A stretch of DNA of 64,000 nt from a virus: IMG/VR virus record IMGVR_UViG_3300005253_000946; one strand, written 5' to 3'. Shown piece by piece: positions 18,317-29,400 of the stretch. Numbering within the stretch: the stretch's first letter is position 1; the number at the start of each line of letters is the position of its first letter. Both the position numbers and the translations under genes were made by a program. The notes beneath the pieces are model-generated. The model was not told the DNA's origin. It searched no databases and saw only the letters and a program-made list of their open reading frames with translations.

Positions 18317-18753
18317 GTTTAGATTTAGGTTTAATTACATTCATACCAGGACCCGGAGATTACCAGAGAACTGCTCTCTGGGGATTTGGTGCAGATCCAG
18401 GTGTGTTATCTGGGATTGACAAATTAACTCAGAAGGTAGTGATGCTGCTTTTATCTGATCAAGGAACTGATATTCTTAATCCTGGTTTAGGAGGAGGGTT
18501 GAAGTCTCTTATAGGTAAGACGATGGACAAGCCTCACATAGCTGGTATGATGACCGCTATAGGTAACTCCGTAACTACGGTAGAACGTCAGATTTTTAAT
18601 TTACAAGCTGGAGAGCCTGTATCGCTTAGTGAAACATTACTTAGTTTAACGCTAATACAGGCTTCGTATGTGAAAGCTTTAACAACGATATTTATAGAGG
18701 TTAGGCTGGTTAACGCAGAAGGCGTGTTCAGCCTAGTCGGTATATTAGTATAG
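18313..18753 (+). CDS. Baseplate wedge protein, gp25/GPW-like
   Basis: 146 aa. LSGIDKLTQKVVMLLLSDQGTDILNPGLGGGLKSLIG matches the gp25-family I..ILLT..G.....P.FG..L signature. Immediately before baseplate J. Confidence 0.75.
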   Translation: MSLDLGLITFIPGPGDYQRTALWGFGADPGVLSGIDKLTQKVVMLLLSDQGTDILNPGLGGGLKSLIGKTMDKPHIAGMMTAIGNSVTTVERQIFNLQAGEPVSLSETLLSLTLIQASYVKALTTIFIEVRLVNAEGVFSLVGILV

Positions 18754-18762
18754 GACAAAAAA

Positions 18763-21603
18763 ATGCCAGCAGTTAATACGCAACTACGGTCATTTATAGA
18801 AGACTTAATTCTTACTATGGATAGCACGGTAGATACCTCTGTAGGATCTCAATGGGACATTAACGTGATTCAGCCTATGTTGGATCGTGTTGGTAGTAAC
18901 CCTGTAGAAGTCAGTGTCGAGCAACTCATTAAGGATCGTATAAAAACTATAGACCCTCAATTATCTACAGATGGAGGGTCCGCTTTAGGCGCTACTTCTG
19001 TAAATATAGCTACACATATTTTTGCTCCTCTGAGGAATGAGTTGGTTGCTCTACGTAAAAGTATGTCTTTACGAAATGCTGATATCATGTCTGAAGATGA
19101 GATGGACGCATTAGTAGCCAATTTTTTCATCGAAAGAATTTCGGGAGACAAATCTACTGGGAATATCAGAATCTATTATATAAATCCGGTCGCTCTATCC
19201 GTGTCTCCATTGAACAGAGTTCTAGCTATAAATGACTTAGCCTTCTTCCCATCTACTACTACCAATATTTCGGCAGAAGATATGTCTTTTAATGTAGACG
19301 GTTCAAGGTTCTACGTAGATGTAGCTGTAATTGCTGAGAACGAGGGTGATGAGTACAACATAGATATAAATCAAGTAACTACTATCGAAGGACTTTTACC
19401 TGGCCCTATAAAGGTCACTAACAGAGAACAGTTTAAAGACGGAAGAACTCCCCAGACTAACGAGGATCTGGCAGCAGTAGCTGCTAACAGTTTGACTGTT
19501 CGGGATATCAATACGCTCAAAGGAATCAACTTTGTTCTACCTGACAACTTTCTTGCTGTTAACGATATTGAGGTAGTAGCTTACGGCAACTCTGAAATGC
19601 GAAGAGACCGTATAACGGGGGTTCTTGAAGACTTTGTGATACTAGAACGTATAGCGGTAACTATTGTTACAGCTGACCCAGCGGGGTCTATTACAGGAAC
19701 TATCTCCTCTGGAGGAGGATTAACTACTACCGTAATTTCGCCCGATCATGGATTAGAGAATGAAAACGAAGTTAATATCACATTAACAACCAGCTATAAC
19801 GGAGTTAGTGTTCTATCAAACGTGACTCCACATACGTATGACATCCCTATAAGTTTTGTAGCTGACGAAACAGGAAGTTGGACTAGAGAGCCATTAAAGA
19901 AATTTAGGTTACCTATAGGTCCTGCTGATCCAAGTTTACCGTTAGACGTATATATTAACGATGTTATAGACCCTACTTGGACTTTCGGTACAGGACCTGA
20001 CTATAACTTTATCGAAAATGTTTCAGCACCAATTGTGTCGGACGTTATCAAAGCGACATACCGGTATAATTTCTCTACTGATTTAGAACAGTTATCTATC
20101 TCAGATATCCCTGGAGGTTTTTTAGGACCAGCACCATTGCTGACAGATCCTAATGAGGTCGCTGTTGGCGGTAAGACCGATATCTACATCAAAGAGACCG
20201 ACCTTTCTGTTGGATCTTATGACCTTGTGACAATCAGCCCTACAAACCCTGTACAGGTGATAGCTGTTCAAGACCCAGAGTCACTTTTGAATTTGGTCAG
20301 TAAACCCTTAGTAAGAATGGTTTCTGTCGAACGTATAGATCAGTTAAGTCTCCAACCTACTGGAGAGATCATACCTAAAAAGGATCCTGTTGATATACGT
20401 ACTGCCACTTTCGTAGGCGGTGGAGGTCCAAATGGTATTGGCCCAGGCACTGATCACGCTACAGGAACTGTTAGGTTTTACTTTTTAGATCCGACATCGT
20501 TTTCGACAAATTTAGACTTAGATGGAGGAACTGAATTTGAAACTGACGATGGTATCAAGGTGTTCCCTATACGTATTGGTGTTGATGCCGATTTTGGTAA
20601 CCCTACTTCGGGTTATGCTCAAGCAACTGCAGAAGGTACAGTAGACCCTTCAGGGAATGCTACTATATTTGAGCTTCCTTCCGGCAATACATCGTGGGAT
20701 AATGTAGAAGTAGGAAGTATTTTAACAGATGTAATAGCCGGTGTTCCTCAATCACCTCAATATATTATTACCGATATCGTACCTAGCACAGACATATCCG
20801 GTATTGCGAAGATTACTATCGTACGACAAGACCTCACTCCGATTGTAGCTACTGACTATGGATACAGACCTACTGCTGCTCCTGTTACCGACACAATCAT
20901 TGACTGGGTTATAAGCCCAGGAACCAGTAAAGCATTTATGGAAGCCAGAGGTAAAGATAACGGACTTTATTACTTCGACATGCTTTGCTATGCAGACCCT
21001 ATCGACAACACAGGTAATTTTTCAGAAGACACTGAGTTAGTGGTTGTAGACGGTAATTACTTCAGTGAAGGTTGGTACTTAGAAACGGCCAATGATAAAT
21101 TCTCCTTTTCTGTTTACGAAGAACTAACTATAGGTTTCACATCGACGTTTGATGATTACACGTTGTTTATTTCAAACAACAGTGTGCGACTGAACTATGA
21201 GTATGGTAGTGGTTTAAACGAAATCCAAGATTTCGTGACTTCAGATATTAACCGAGTCGTTGTAGAAGATGTAATGATACGTCACTTCCTACCTGCGTTC
21301 GTGAGGCTAAAAATTAACTACAAGACTGAGACTATAGTTGACGAGCTAGCTGTGGTAAATGGTATGGAGGAGTATATAGAAGGGGTCGGATCGTTAGATC
21401 CTTTAGAAGCTTTTGAAGTACAAAAAGTTTTACAAGGTAATGGGGCTAGTTTTGTAGAACTTCCGTTCGAATTAGTAGTGATAGAGATTGACGAACAGCG
21501 TAGTTACAAGACTATACGTTCTATATCACAAATTATATTGAGTTCTAGAACTAAGAGATTTTTATTAGACACAGATCAGGTAGAGTTAACTGATATTTCT
21601 TAA
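18763..21603 (+). CDS. Baseplate J-like (gp6-like) wedge protein with large insertions
   Basis: 946 aa. FFIERISGDKSTGNIRIY..VAVIAENEGDEYNI..VTN..FKDGRTPQTNEDL..SLTVRDINT; C-terminal VMIRHFLPAFVRLKINY. Confidence 0.75.
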   Translation: MPAVNTQLRSFIEDLILTMDSTVDTSVGSQWDINVIQPMLDRVGSNPVEVSVEQLIKDRIKTIDPQLSTDGGSALGATSVNIATHIFAPLRNELVALRKSMSLRNADIMSEDEMDALVANFFIERISGDKSTGNIRIYYINPVALSVSPLNRVLAINDLAFFPSTTTNISAEDMSFNVDGSRFYVDVAVIAENEGDEYNIDINQVTTIEGLLPGPIKVTNREQFKDGRTPQTNEDLAAVAANSLTVRDINTLKGINFVLPDNFLAVNDIEVVAYGNSEMRRDRITGVLEDFVILERIAVTIVTADPAGSITGTISSGGGLTTTVISPDHGLENENEVNITLTTSYNGVSVLSNVTPHTYDIPISFVADETGSWTREPLKKFRLPIGPADPSLPLDVYINDVIDPTWTFGTGPDYNFIENVSAPIVSDVIKATYRYNFSTDLEQLSISDIPGGFLGPAPLLTDPNEVAVGGKTDIYIKETDLSVGSYDLVTISPTNPVQVIAVQDPESLLNLVSKPLVRMVSVERIDQLSLQPTGEIIPKKDPVDIRTATFVGGGGPNGIGPGTDHATGTVRFYFLDPTSFSTNLDLDGGTEFETDDGIKVFPIRIGVDADFGNPTSGYAQATAEGTVDPSGNATIFELPSGNTSWDNVEVGSILTDVIAGVPQSPQYIITDIVPSTDISGIAKITIVRQDLTPIVATDYGYRPTAAPVTDTIIDWVISPGTSKAFMEARGKDNGLYYFDMLCYADPIDNTGNFSEDTELVVVDGNYFSEGWYLETANDKFSFSVYEELTIGFTSTFDDYTLFISNNSVRLNYEYGSGLNEIQDFVTSDINRVVVEDVMIRHFLPAFVRLKINYKTETIVDELAVVNGMEEYIEGVGSLDPLEAFEVQKVLQGNGASFVELPFELVVIEIDEQRSYKTIRSISQIILSSRTKRFLLDTDQVELTDIS

Positions 21604-21863
21604 GTTAAACATTCAAAACAAAGAACTCGACTTCCTTTTGTACCAGGTATAGGTAAAAACCTTTTAGGTTCGAAGGCTACCTTTAGAATTTTCTCACTAC
21701 CACACTTAGGACATAAAGGTACTTTGTGCTGAGGAGTCTTTTGTTTATCAGCTATTCGTTGTAAAGAGGATTTTTTGTTATCAGAATGAAACCCTTTGAG
21801 TAACTTGTAGGTCAGATCAGTGTCCATCACAGATTCGGGCGGGTTCGGTTGTTTGTCAGACAT
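21600..21863 (-). CDS. Small zinc-ribbon protein
   Basis: CPKC..CFEC. Likely ATG at 21863, overlapping the rnhB stop. Stop codons overlap tail-to-tail (TTAA) with baseplate J. Confidence 0.55.
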   Translation of the reverse strand: MSDKQPNPPESVMDTDLTYKLLKGFHSDNKKSSLQRIADKQKTPQHKVPLCPKCGSEKILKVAFEPKRFLPIPGTKGSRVLCFECLT

Positions 21864-22437
21864 ATTTTTTAGTTCCATTGTTTACTCTGTGAAGACCTTT
21901 TATAAATCCGTGGTCCTCTAAAGCTTCTTGATGTCTTTTTGTACCATAGCCTACATGATTATAAAAGCCGTACTGAGGGTACTCTGAGTGTATTAGGTTC
22001 TCCATATATAGATCTCGCTCAGCTTTAGCCACGATAGAGGCACAGGCAATACTGAATATCTTGCTGTCTCCTTTGACTACCCATTCAACTTCCTTGGCTT
22101 TAAGGTGCCAGTCTTTTCTATAACTACCGTCCATAATAGCTAGATCTACTGGTATATTGCAGTTTAGTATAGCCCTGTTGACCGCACGTATTGTGGCTGC
22201 CTTTAAACCTATTAAATTGATCTCATTTGGGAACGACCACCCTAAACCGAGGTAGTCAGCTTTAGCTGAGATTACTCTAGCTAGCTTTTTTATCTTAGGC
22301 TTAGAAAGTTTTTTAGAGTCTCTAACATCTTCCAGCGGACCTACTTCATATAATTCCCCTTCAATGGAGACACAAGCTACTGTGACAGGACCTGCCCAGC
22401 TTCCATACCCTACTTCATCTATACCGGCTACTATCAA
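21856..22437 (-). CDS. rnhB: Ribonuclease HII
   Basis: GIDEVGYGSWAGPV, VRDSKKLS, AIMDG, KGDSK..SIACASIVAK..RD..M, YP.YGF..H.GYGT..H..AL...G....HR. AAGGAG SD with TTG start. Confidence 0.95.
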   Translation of the reverse strand: MIVAGIDEVGYGSWAGPVTVACVSIEGELYEVGPLEDVRDSKKLSKPKIKKLARVISAKADYLGLGWSFPNEINLIGLKAATIRAVNRAILNCNIPVDLAIMDGSYRKDWHLKAKEVEWVVKGDSKIFSIACASIVAKAERDLYMENLIHSEYPQYGFYNHVGYGTKRHQEALEDHGFIKGLHRVNNGTKKYV

Positions 22438-22455
22438 GATATTGCTCCTTTAACG

Positions 22456-22484
22456 ATTGTTTGGTAGTATTCTTATGCTGACAA
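22456..22484 (-). promoter_or_regulatory. Sigma70-like promoter for rnhB (TTGTCA-N17-AACAAT)
   Basis: Read on the - strand: -35 at 22484-22479, -10 at 22461-22456, followed by the AAGGAG SD. Confidence 0.4.
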
Positions 22485-22514
22485 ATTTGTAATAAATTCA
22501 TTTACATTAGTCTG

Positions 22515-22543
22515 TTGACTGAGGTGATCTGATTAGGTATCGT
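22515..22543 (+). promoter_or_regulatory. Sigma70-like promoter TTGACT-N17-TATCGT
   Basis: In the divergent intergenic region, 9 nt before ATG 22553. No SD visible. Confidence 0.5.
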
Positions 22544-22552
22544 AGAGTCGCT

Positions 22553-23941
22553 ATGCCTACCACTCTGTACAATGTCAATACTAGAGATGAAAGAGGAAAT
22601 CCCCACCTCATCTCCGGGAAAATTCTTGACTGGAAATATTTTGAAATAACAGAGTCTTCTTTCTTCTTCCCTACCTTAAATCCAAAGTTCACTGGTTATG
22701 GGGCAGATGGTGTAAAGTATATCAACGGCAACCAAATTGCTACAAACCTGGCGTCGTGGGCAACTGAAACTCCACATATACATAGAGGTTCGGCTGTAAA
22801 AATGCCGGAGCGATTCTTTGTTATCTCTACAGAGCGGGAGATAACTATTATCAACTCCAGGTCTGGAAATGTCTGGATGAGATTTATAGTACATCCCCTA
22901 CCTTCTATTACAACGGCTGTTTCCGCAGTCCCTCTCTATGCGCCACCTCCTTACGGTGGAGGTCCAATAGAGTCTCCTGGGGTAGTCCATCCAAGGCTAT
23001 TTACAGCCTTTGCAGATGGAGTACTAGCAGTACTAAACTCGAATACAGTTCTGTCAATAGATTCAGGATTTTCAGGATATCAGGACTACTTAGATAACTA
23101 CGCTAACTCCTTAACTTTTATAGATTTTATAAATGACAAAGTTACGAGCTATGCTGGAGGAGATCCTTTTACTCTCCCACAAGTAGTGATTAGATATGCC
23201 GATAATAAGATAGTAAATAGAAACAAGCTTGAAGGTTCTACAGTAATAGTCTTGCCGTTAGAAAGTCCTGTAGGGAAAGAATCAGTACGACACCCCTTCT
23301 TCCAGGCAGATAATTGGCCAGCAAAAGGTAGAGCTAGTCACGGAATTTTTAGCTATTCTATCGACGAGAATCCTTATTTTATTTTACTCAGGTCGTTTGG
23401 GATCACAGTTCTTAGTCGAGAGACCAGGAAACATCATTTAAATATTCCTGGTCAGGTGATAAAAGCTGTTGTAAATAAGAAGGACGGGCATCTATATTTC
23501 GTTTATAATCAAGGGAATGTATCTTACTTAGCTTTATGGGCCGATTGGTGGAAAGACCTACCTAAAAATACAGTCCCGTACAAAATATTGATGTTGACTA
23601 GCGATCCGCAAAAAACTGTAGTGGCGACGGACTTAGTCCTACTTAGGAACAGTTTATATATTTCGACTAATAGAGGTATGATCGAAGCTACTCTAGATTT
23701 ATCAGACCAACGGATGTTATTCTCATCTAACAATTCCGGAGTCAGTAAAACGTACACCATAGACTCTACAGATTCTGGTATTAAGAAGATGACAATTGAC
23801 CCTACTACTGGTCTACTAGGTATCATTACTACAGATGCTGTGCACGAACTCAATGCTATAAATGGCAGGACTGTTAGACGTACAGACGCGGCCGATTTCG
23901 GATTCAGTAGACTAGACAGGATAGTAGGTGTTGGACAATGA
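22553..23941 (+). CDS. Hypothetical protein, beta-rich (possibly propeller-like), probable virion component
   Basis: 462 aa, ATGA overlap with the downstream wedge gene. Short beta-strand repeats at the C-terminus. Confidence 0.5.
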   Translation: MPTTLYNVNTRDERGNPHLISGKILDWKYFEITESSFFFPTLNPKFTGYGADGVKYINGNQIATNLASWATETPHIHRGSAVKMPERFFVISTEREITIINSRSGNVWMRFIVHPLPSITTAVSAVPLYAPPPYGGGPIESPGVVHPRLFTAFADGVLAVLNSNTVLSIDSGFSGYQDYLDNYANSLTFIDFINDKVTSYAGGDPFTLPQVVIRYADNKIVNRNKLEGSTVIVLPLESPVGKESVRHPFFQADNWPAKGRASHGIFSYSIDENPYFILLRSFGITVLSRETRKHHLNIPGQVIKAVVNKKDGHLYFVYNQGNVSYLALWADWWKDLPKNTVPYKILMLTSDPQKTVVATDLVLLRNSLYISTNRGMIEATLDLSDQRMLFSSNNSGVSKTYTIDSTDSGIKKMTIDPTTGLLGIITTDAVHELNAINGRTVRRTDAADFGFSRLDRIVGVGQ

Positions 23942-26421
23942 GTTTCATTGTAGCTGGAGATACCGGGTCAGAAATTCTGATAACGGAAGGTGCTTCTATT
24001 ACAAACATTCCGTTCGAACTTACTAAGACTTTCGGAACTGTAGATACTAATTTTCTGTGGGGATTTATTCCTAGTGCCCTTGTAGATTTACCACAAGCTG
24101 ACAGAGATTCTCTTGAAGAGATTTGGAAAGCTATGTTTCAAGAAGGAGCTGACCTTCTTTTAGATATACACCAACTCCATGCGGCAAGGGAGTTATTTAG
24201 AGTACCTGTCTATTACCAGCGTAAGTGGGTGTGGTATGAATTCTCTAAGTTCTTAGACCTCAACGCCTTTCCAACAGATGTAATTTTTAAAGGTAAGTCA
24301 GCGCAAAACTTTGTGTATAATGCAACCACTAGGTCTTTTGATATAAAGGCTATTAACAAGACATCACAAGACAAAGCTTATTTTTGTACGAGAGGTCCAT
24401 TCAAAAACACTACAGCAGAAGCTTTTTGGGAGGTCGATATTGATTTTGGTATCTTCTCTGGAGGCACCGGAGCTATTGTAGTAGGAGCTTTTGATTCTAG
24501 GAGTAATAATTTAAATAATTCAGCATCTGTAGCTATAGCTGATGACAGGTCTTTATTGGCTATAGTTGTTGACGAGGAAGGGGTTCAGAAAACTATACGA
24601 TTCCCTGACGTATTTACTGTAGATGAGAGAACTTATACAGTTAGATGTTCTTATTTAGGGGATGAATTTCGGGTAGCTGTAGGATTAGCTGGAGCCACTG
24701 TTTTTAATGTTAGCATAAAAATACAGGCAGAAATTATACTCGACAGTTATGGTATTTCCAATCTTTCTATACCTTCTTTCACACATCCTGTTTCGACGTT
24801 CTTCAAGCCTTTAACTAATGCTTTTATGGATGCGTCGATCTCTAGATTTATTTACAAAGATTACTCGGTGTACCCAGAGGTAGTAGAGGTACCGTACTTC
24901 CAAGATACTCCTGAGAACCCTCCTAATATTTATAGGAACGGGATAGATTTTACTATACAAGATGGAGGTATAAATCTCTTTATTGAAGAAGATCCTGATG
25001 GATTGTGGGCAGAGTTTTCGTTTTTAAACTTAGAGGTGGTGAGGGATAATTTTGGTTGGCCTGTCGGGTTGTTTCAGGAGAACTCTGAGAGGTATCTAAA
25101 TTCTGTTCAAGGGTTGTGGTTTGTTTATTTAAATGGACCTACTCCTGAGAACATCGAATCCGGAATCCAGATTAATATAGGGCAACCATTTGTACAGGTA
25201 GCAGGGGAGGTTACTAGGATTGACACAACTTTCCCTGGGAATGGTATAGGGACTATCGTTGTAGAAGGTATTGACTATGAATACGATACCAGACTGCGTC
25301 ACGGATACCTCCCAGACTCTTTTACGCAATTTAGTGTTGGAGACATCTTACCTAAATTCACCCCATTGACAGCAGATGCGGTTACAATACGTGATTATAT
25401 AAACGACCCTGATTGGTACATACTAGAGTCTATAAGGCACAGTCTTGCGACTGATATAACGGTAACTGGAGAGTTCCCGGTCGGTGGAGGGTTAGGTCCA
25501 TACAGAACCCAGTTCAGTCCGATAATTCCTGGGAGCGTAACAGTGAGGGATGGAGCTGCTGTCTTAGTGGAAACTGTTAACTACACAGTAGATTATACTA
25601 ACGGAGATTTAACTCTTTTAATAGCTACTACCAATCCTCCAGATATGGATTACAGCTACATTGAACTGAGCCACTTCTACGTACCTAACATTGTCATAGA
25701 ATCTGAAGATATATACTTAGCTAGTATGTACAGCCTTAACAAAGAGGATTCGATTGTTGCTGTCGACGTTGACGCAATGACTATCCGAGTAGACTATCAA
25801 GCGGCAAATATGCACGATGACTCAAATTTTACAGCTGGTATAGTAGGCTCTAGTATAGTGTTTGTAGAAGGGCCTGGAGCCGAACCTGTTCTCTACACGA
25901 TTAATTCCTATACATTTATTGGCGGTAATATAGCAGAGTTAGGACTTGACGAGAGTTTCGCTATAGGTAAAGAGCCTGTAGTTGGGCAGACCAAGCTAGC
26001 TGTAGTTACTACACCTTTAACCCGCTACAGTGATTATGGAATCAACTACCGTTCTGGTGAAGTTAAACTTTCTAAACGTGCTTCTGCTGTAGAGGATGAT
26101 TTTGTTATACTGTTAGCTCGGCATATGATCCTAGGTATGTCCGAAGTTCAGAAGTATCATACCTTTAATGTGCGATTGGGTCCATTAAATCTACCTTGGG
26201 AAGATTTTGCTAGGAACGTTCTAGTGTTTACACATCTCATTAGACCAACCTATGCTAGGCAAGTTTTTACGGATATTGACGGGCGTCCGGTGCTCCGTTA
26301 TGGTGGTATATCAGAAGTAATAGACTTCGATTCTTTGGTTTACGGCCAGCAGCTAGACATACCCCTAACCTACGGTTTTGAAAGTATCGGTTTGGATACA
26401 GAACTAGGAATAAAAGTATAA
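23938..26421 (+). CDS. Putative baseplate wedge subunit (gp7/gpI-like) with lectin-like and DY-x-V-D-Y modules
   Basis: 827 aa. NFLWGFIPS..LEEIWKAMFQ; YLNSVQGLWFVYLNGPTPENIESG; C-terminal HLIRPTYA. Lies between baseplate J and the tail fibre. Confidence 0.5.
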   Translation: MSFIVAGDTGSEILITEGASITNIPFELTKTFGTVDTNFLWGFIPSALVDLPQADRDSLEEIWKAMFQEGADLLLDIHQLHAARELFRVPVYYQRKWVWYEFSKFLDLNAFPTDVIFKGKSAQNFVYNATTRSFDIKAINKTSQDKAYFCTRGPFKNTTAEAFWEVDIDFGIFSGGTGAIVVGAFDSRSNNLNNSASVAIADDRSLLAIVVDEEGVQKTIRFPDVFTVDERTYTVRCSYLGDEFRVAVGLAGATVFNVSIKIQAEIILDSYGISNLSIPSFTHPVSTFFKPLTNAFMDASISRFIYKDYSVYPEVVEVPYFQDTPENPPNIYRNGIDFTIQDGGINLFIEEDPDGLWAEFSFLNLEVVRDNFGWPVGLFQENSERYLNSVQGLWFVYLNGPTPENIESGIQINIGQPFVQVAGEVTRIDTTFPGNGIGTIVVEGIDYEYDTRLRHGYLPDSFTQFSVGDILPKFTPLTADAVTIRDYINDPDWYILESIRHSLATDITVTGEFPVGGGLGPYRTQFSPIIPGSVTVRDGAAVLVETVNYTVDYTNGDLTLLIATTNPPDMDYSYIELSHFYVPNIVIESEDIYLASMYSLNKEDSIVAVDVDAMTIRVDYQAANMHDDSNFTAGIVGSSIVFVEGPGAEPVLYTINSYTFIGGNIAELGLDESFAIGKEPVVGQTKLAVVTTPLTRYSDYGINYRSGEVKLSKRASAVEDDFVILLARHMILGMSEVQKYHTFNVRLGPLNLPWEDFARNVLVFTHLIRPTYARQVFTDIDGRPVLRYGGISEVIDFDSLVYGQQLDIPLTYGFESIGLDTELGIKV

Positions 26422-29400
26422 TGGCGTTTAAAACGAAGCAGCAATTACAGTCACAGGATTGGATACGTTCTGGCGAGAACGTAATTGATGAGACTATCGC
26501 TAACCGTCCTCACGACGCTTTAGCAGACAACACAAATAATCTAGATATACGTATGTCCTCTGTTGAGGATGCTCCTATAGCTTATCCTAATATCACTGGA
26601 GAACTAACTAGTGTAGGTGAGTGGTCTCTAAGGGTTCTAGACGATCAAATTTGGGTAGATGTTTTTGAGTTCACTAACGCTATTCTCTTATCGGATATTG
26701 TTGATACTACAACCTTTGTCACTCTGTTAAGAGACGATCTCAATCCTGGCAACCCTTACCCAGTAGTTCCTGTAGCTTTAACATTCTACGAAGATCCTGA
26801 CGACGCTAACCTTACAGTTCCAGGTATTGGAGACAAAACTAACGGTGTAAAATCTTCAGGAGGTTGGGGAAGTGCTTGGATCGGTGGAGGTACAGCTACT
26901 ACCTTAGAGGATAGCAGCGGTAATTTAGCTGGGGCTGATGATCTTTATAATAATGGTTATGTACATTTATCACGCTTAGACGGGACTTGGGAGTTTAAAC
27001 GAATCACAGACTTTATTGCTGGTGTGGTAACAGTAGAAGGATGGAACGGGGCTGATCCAGATAATACTACTGACGAATACTGGATAATTATGGATTTAGT
27101 CATAGGCGATGTCAGTATAAATTCGGCTGGCAATACTGTAAACGGTAATGCTGATGGTTTTTATGGAACTAGTGGTTCGCCTACAGAACCTAGACCTTAC
27201 TTACGCTTCAGTCATTTTATACCGTCTAGCGTTAAGTATGCCTTCAGGTACGGTGTTAAGAGAGATATCTCCACTCTTCCTCCAGATGCTCTTATTAAAC
27301 AGTCTATAGCTGGTGTAATAGAAGATGCTAATTTGATCTCAGCCATTGTCGACATAAAAGGCGCTTCGTTAGAAACACCTGTAGATGACAATAAAGACCT
27401 CTTTAACCACGAGGCTCGTATAGCTCTACATTCTCATGTAGATGACCCTACACCTTCAGCAGGATTTTCTAGAATAGCACCTCCTACAGCGAATGGAATA
27501 AACTTAGACGGTCAAAGTCTACCAGTAGCACCTAACTTGGTTGTCAATGGTGACTTTATGCTTATTGAAGGTGTAGGCCAAGCTGTACCTCAAGGTTGGA
27601 TTAATAATGCTGGTGGTACTACTATTGCTGCGAATGTCAATAATGCTTATCCTTTCTTAAAACTCAATACTGGCGCTCCAGCAGTATGGGATATTGTTTC
27701 AGATCCTTCTTACGCGATTTTTACCGGAACATTAGTTCTGGGAGATGAGTTACTTTTATCAGTTGAATATGCACAATCGGCAAATCCAGGATCTCCTATA
27801 GAAGTAGGGCTTAGGTTCTATGATATCGGTAGAGCCAATTTTCAAGACGTTGTAGCTTTTACTATTACTAGTGGATTCGGTGCAGTTTGGGATTGGTATA
27901 AACTGTGGGGCAGTGTAACAGTACCTGCTACTGTTACAGGTACTACTACAATAGAAGCAGATGTATTTATTCGTAACACAGGCATGGGTCAAACATTAGA
28001 TACACAGAAATTTGCCAGATTAAAAGTAGAGTGGTCCAGGCAAACAGTTTATGAAACTACACTACCTACCCCATTTAATAATTTTAGAACCTTAGTCCCG
28101 ATATATGATGAACTTCGTAATGCCCGTCTATCCGATACTTATGGCGCATTCGATAATTTAAAACTTAGATTAGATAATACCGATTCTATTGTTGGTATAG
28201 CCGACGCAGATACCGTGGATTCACTTCACGCCGTATCGTTCTTGCGTTCAGATGCGCCGACTACGGCAGCAGGGATTGTGCTGTTTACTGCCCGGCCTCT
28301 GCTAGAAAATAATGTTTATCTTGAGGGACATAATGCAGCTCAAGATACCTCGTATAGCCTTATTGGGGTAGACTCTTCCGATCAGGTGCTTGTCGGTAAT
28401 CCAAGTCTTCCGTTGTTTCTCCAGACTTCAGCTCGGATTGAGGCGGGTGATTCGATAAATGTCCCATTAGGAAAGGATTATAGAATCAATGGTGGTACAG
28501 GGTTGCAAGCTCAGATTACGCCTAATACGACTCATAGAGGAGTAGTATCCGGTAATCCTCATGTCGTGACCCTCGCTGACATTGGTGCTGCACCATCCGG
28601 AGAGGGCGTATTAAACGGTAATTCGCACGACCACATTGGCGGCGACGGTGCGCTGATAAATACAGATGCTTTAGTCGATGATGCAGTTACCGGAGCTAAA
28701 ATTGCCGTTCTTACCGAATCTCTTGTTCTGGCAAACAACGTCACTCTTCTCGCAAAAGAAACTGGCGGCGGCACTCAAATTCTTGCCGCAGTAAATGATT
28801 TAAATCAATTGCTTCTCGGTGACAACAACTTGCCAGCAATTATCCGATCATCCGCAACTGTTCTAAGCAATCGATCCTTACAAGTAGGTGTTGGCGAAGA
28901 TTTTTTAATTGATGCCGGTGCGAGCTTAAAAGTTCACGATCATACAGTGGGCAAGGGCGGCGATCTTGGCGCTAATTCAGTCCCGACGGTTGCTATCGAG
29001 GATTTAGCTGTCACAACTCCTAAAATGGATTTAGTGTCCGCCCGTTATATAATTAACGGGGGTCAAAGTATAACTCATCAAATCTATACTGTTGTAGATT
29101 TCAAAACCAAAACTTTTGATGATCCGGGGACTGATCGAGTCACAATAGCCAGTCCTCCAGACGATCAAACTAACCACTGGAAATTCACTGCTGACCGGGA
29201 CATGAAAGTTCGTGTAAACGCAGCAGTGCAGTTTGAGACGTCGAGTGTTTGGAGTGCGGGCGAGCAAATTCAATTATGGATATATAAAAGCGATGGCCCG
29301 TATTCACAGTTAACGCGAAACGAACTTACCAGCTCTCCTGCAACGTGGAGGGCGTCCCTTAACGGTTGTGACATTGTGTCACTGCTGAACGAAGAGTGGA

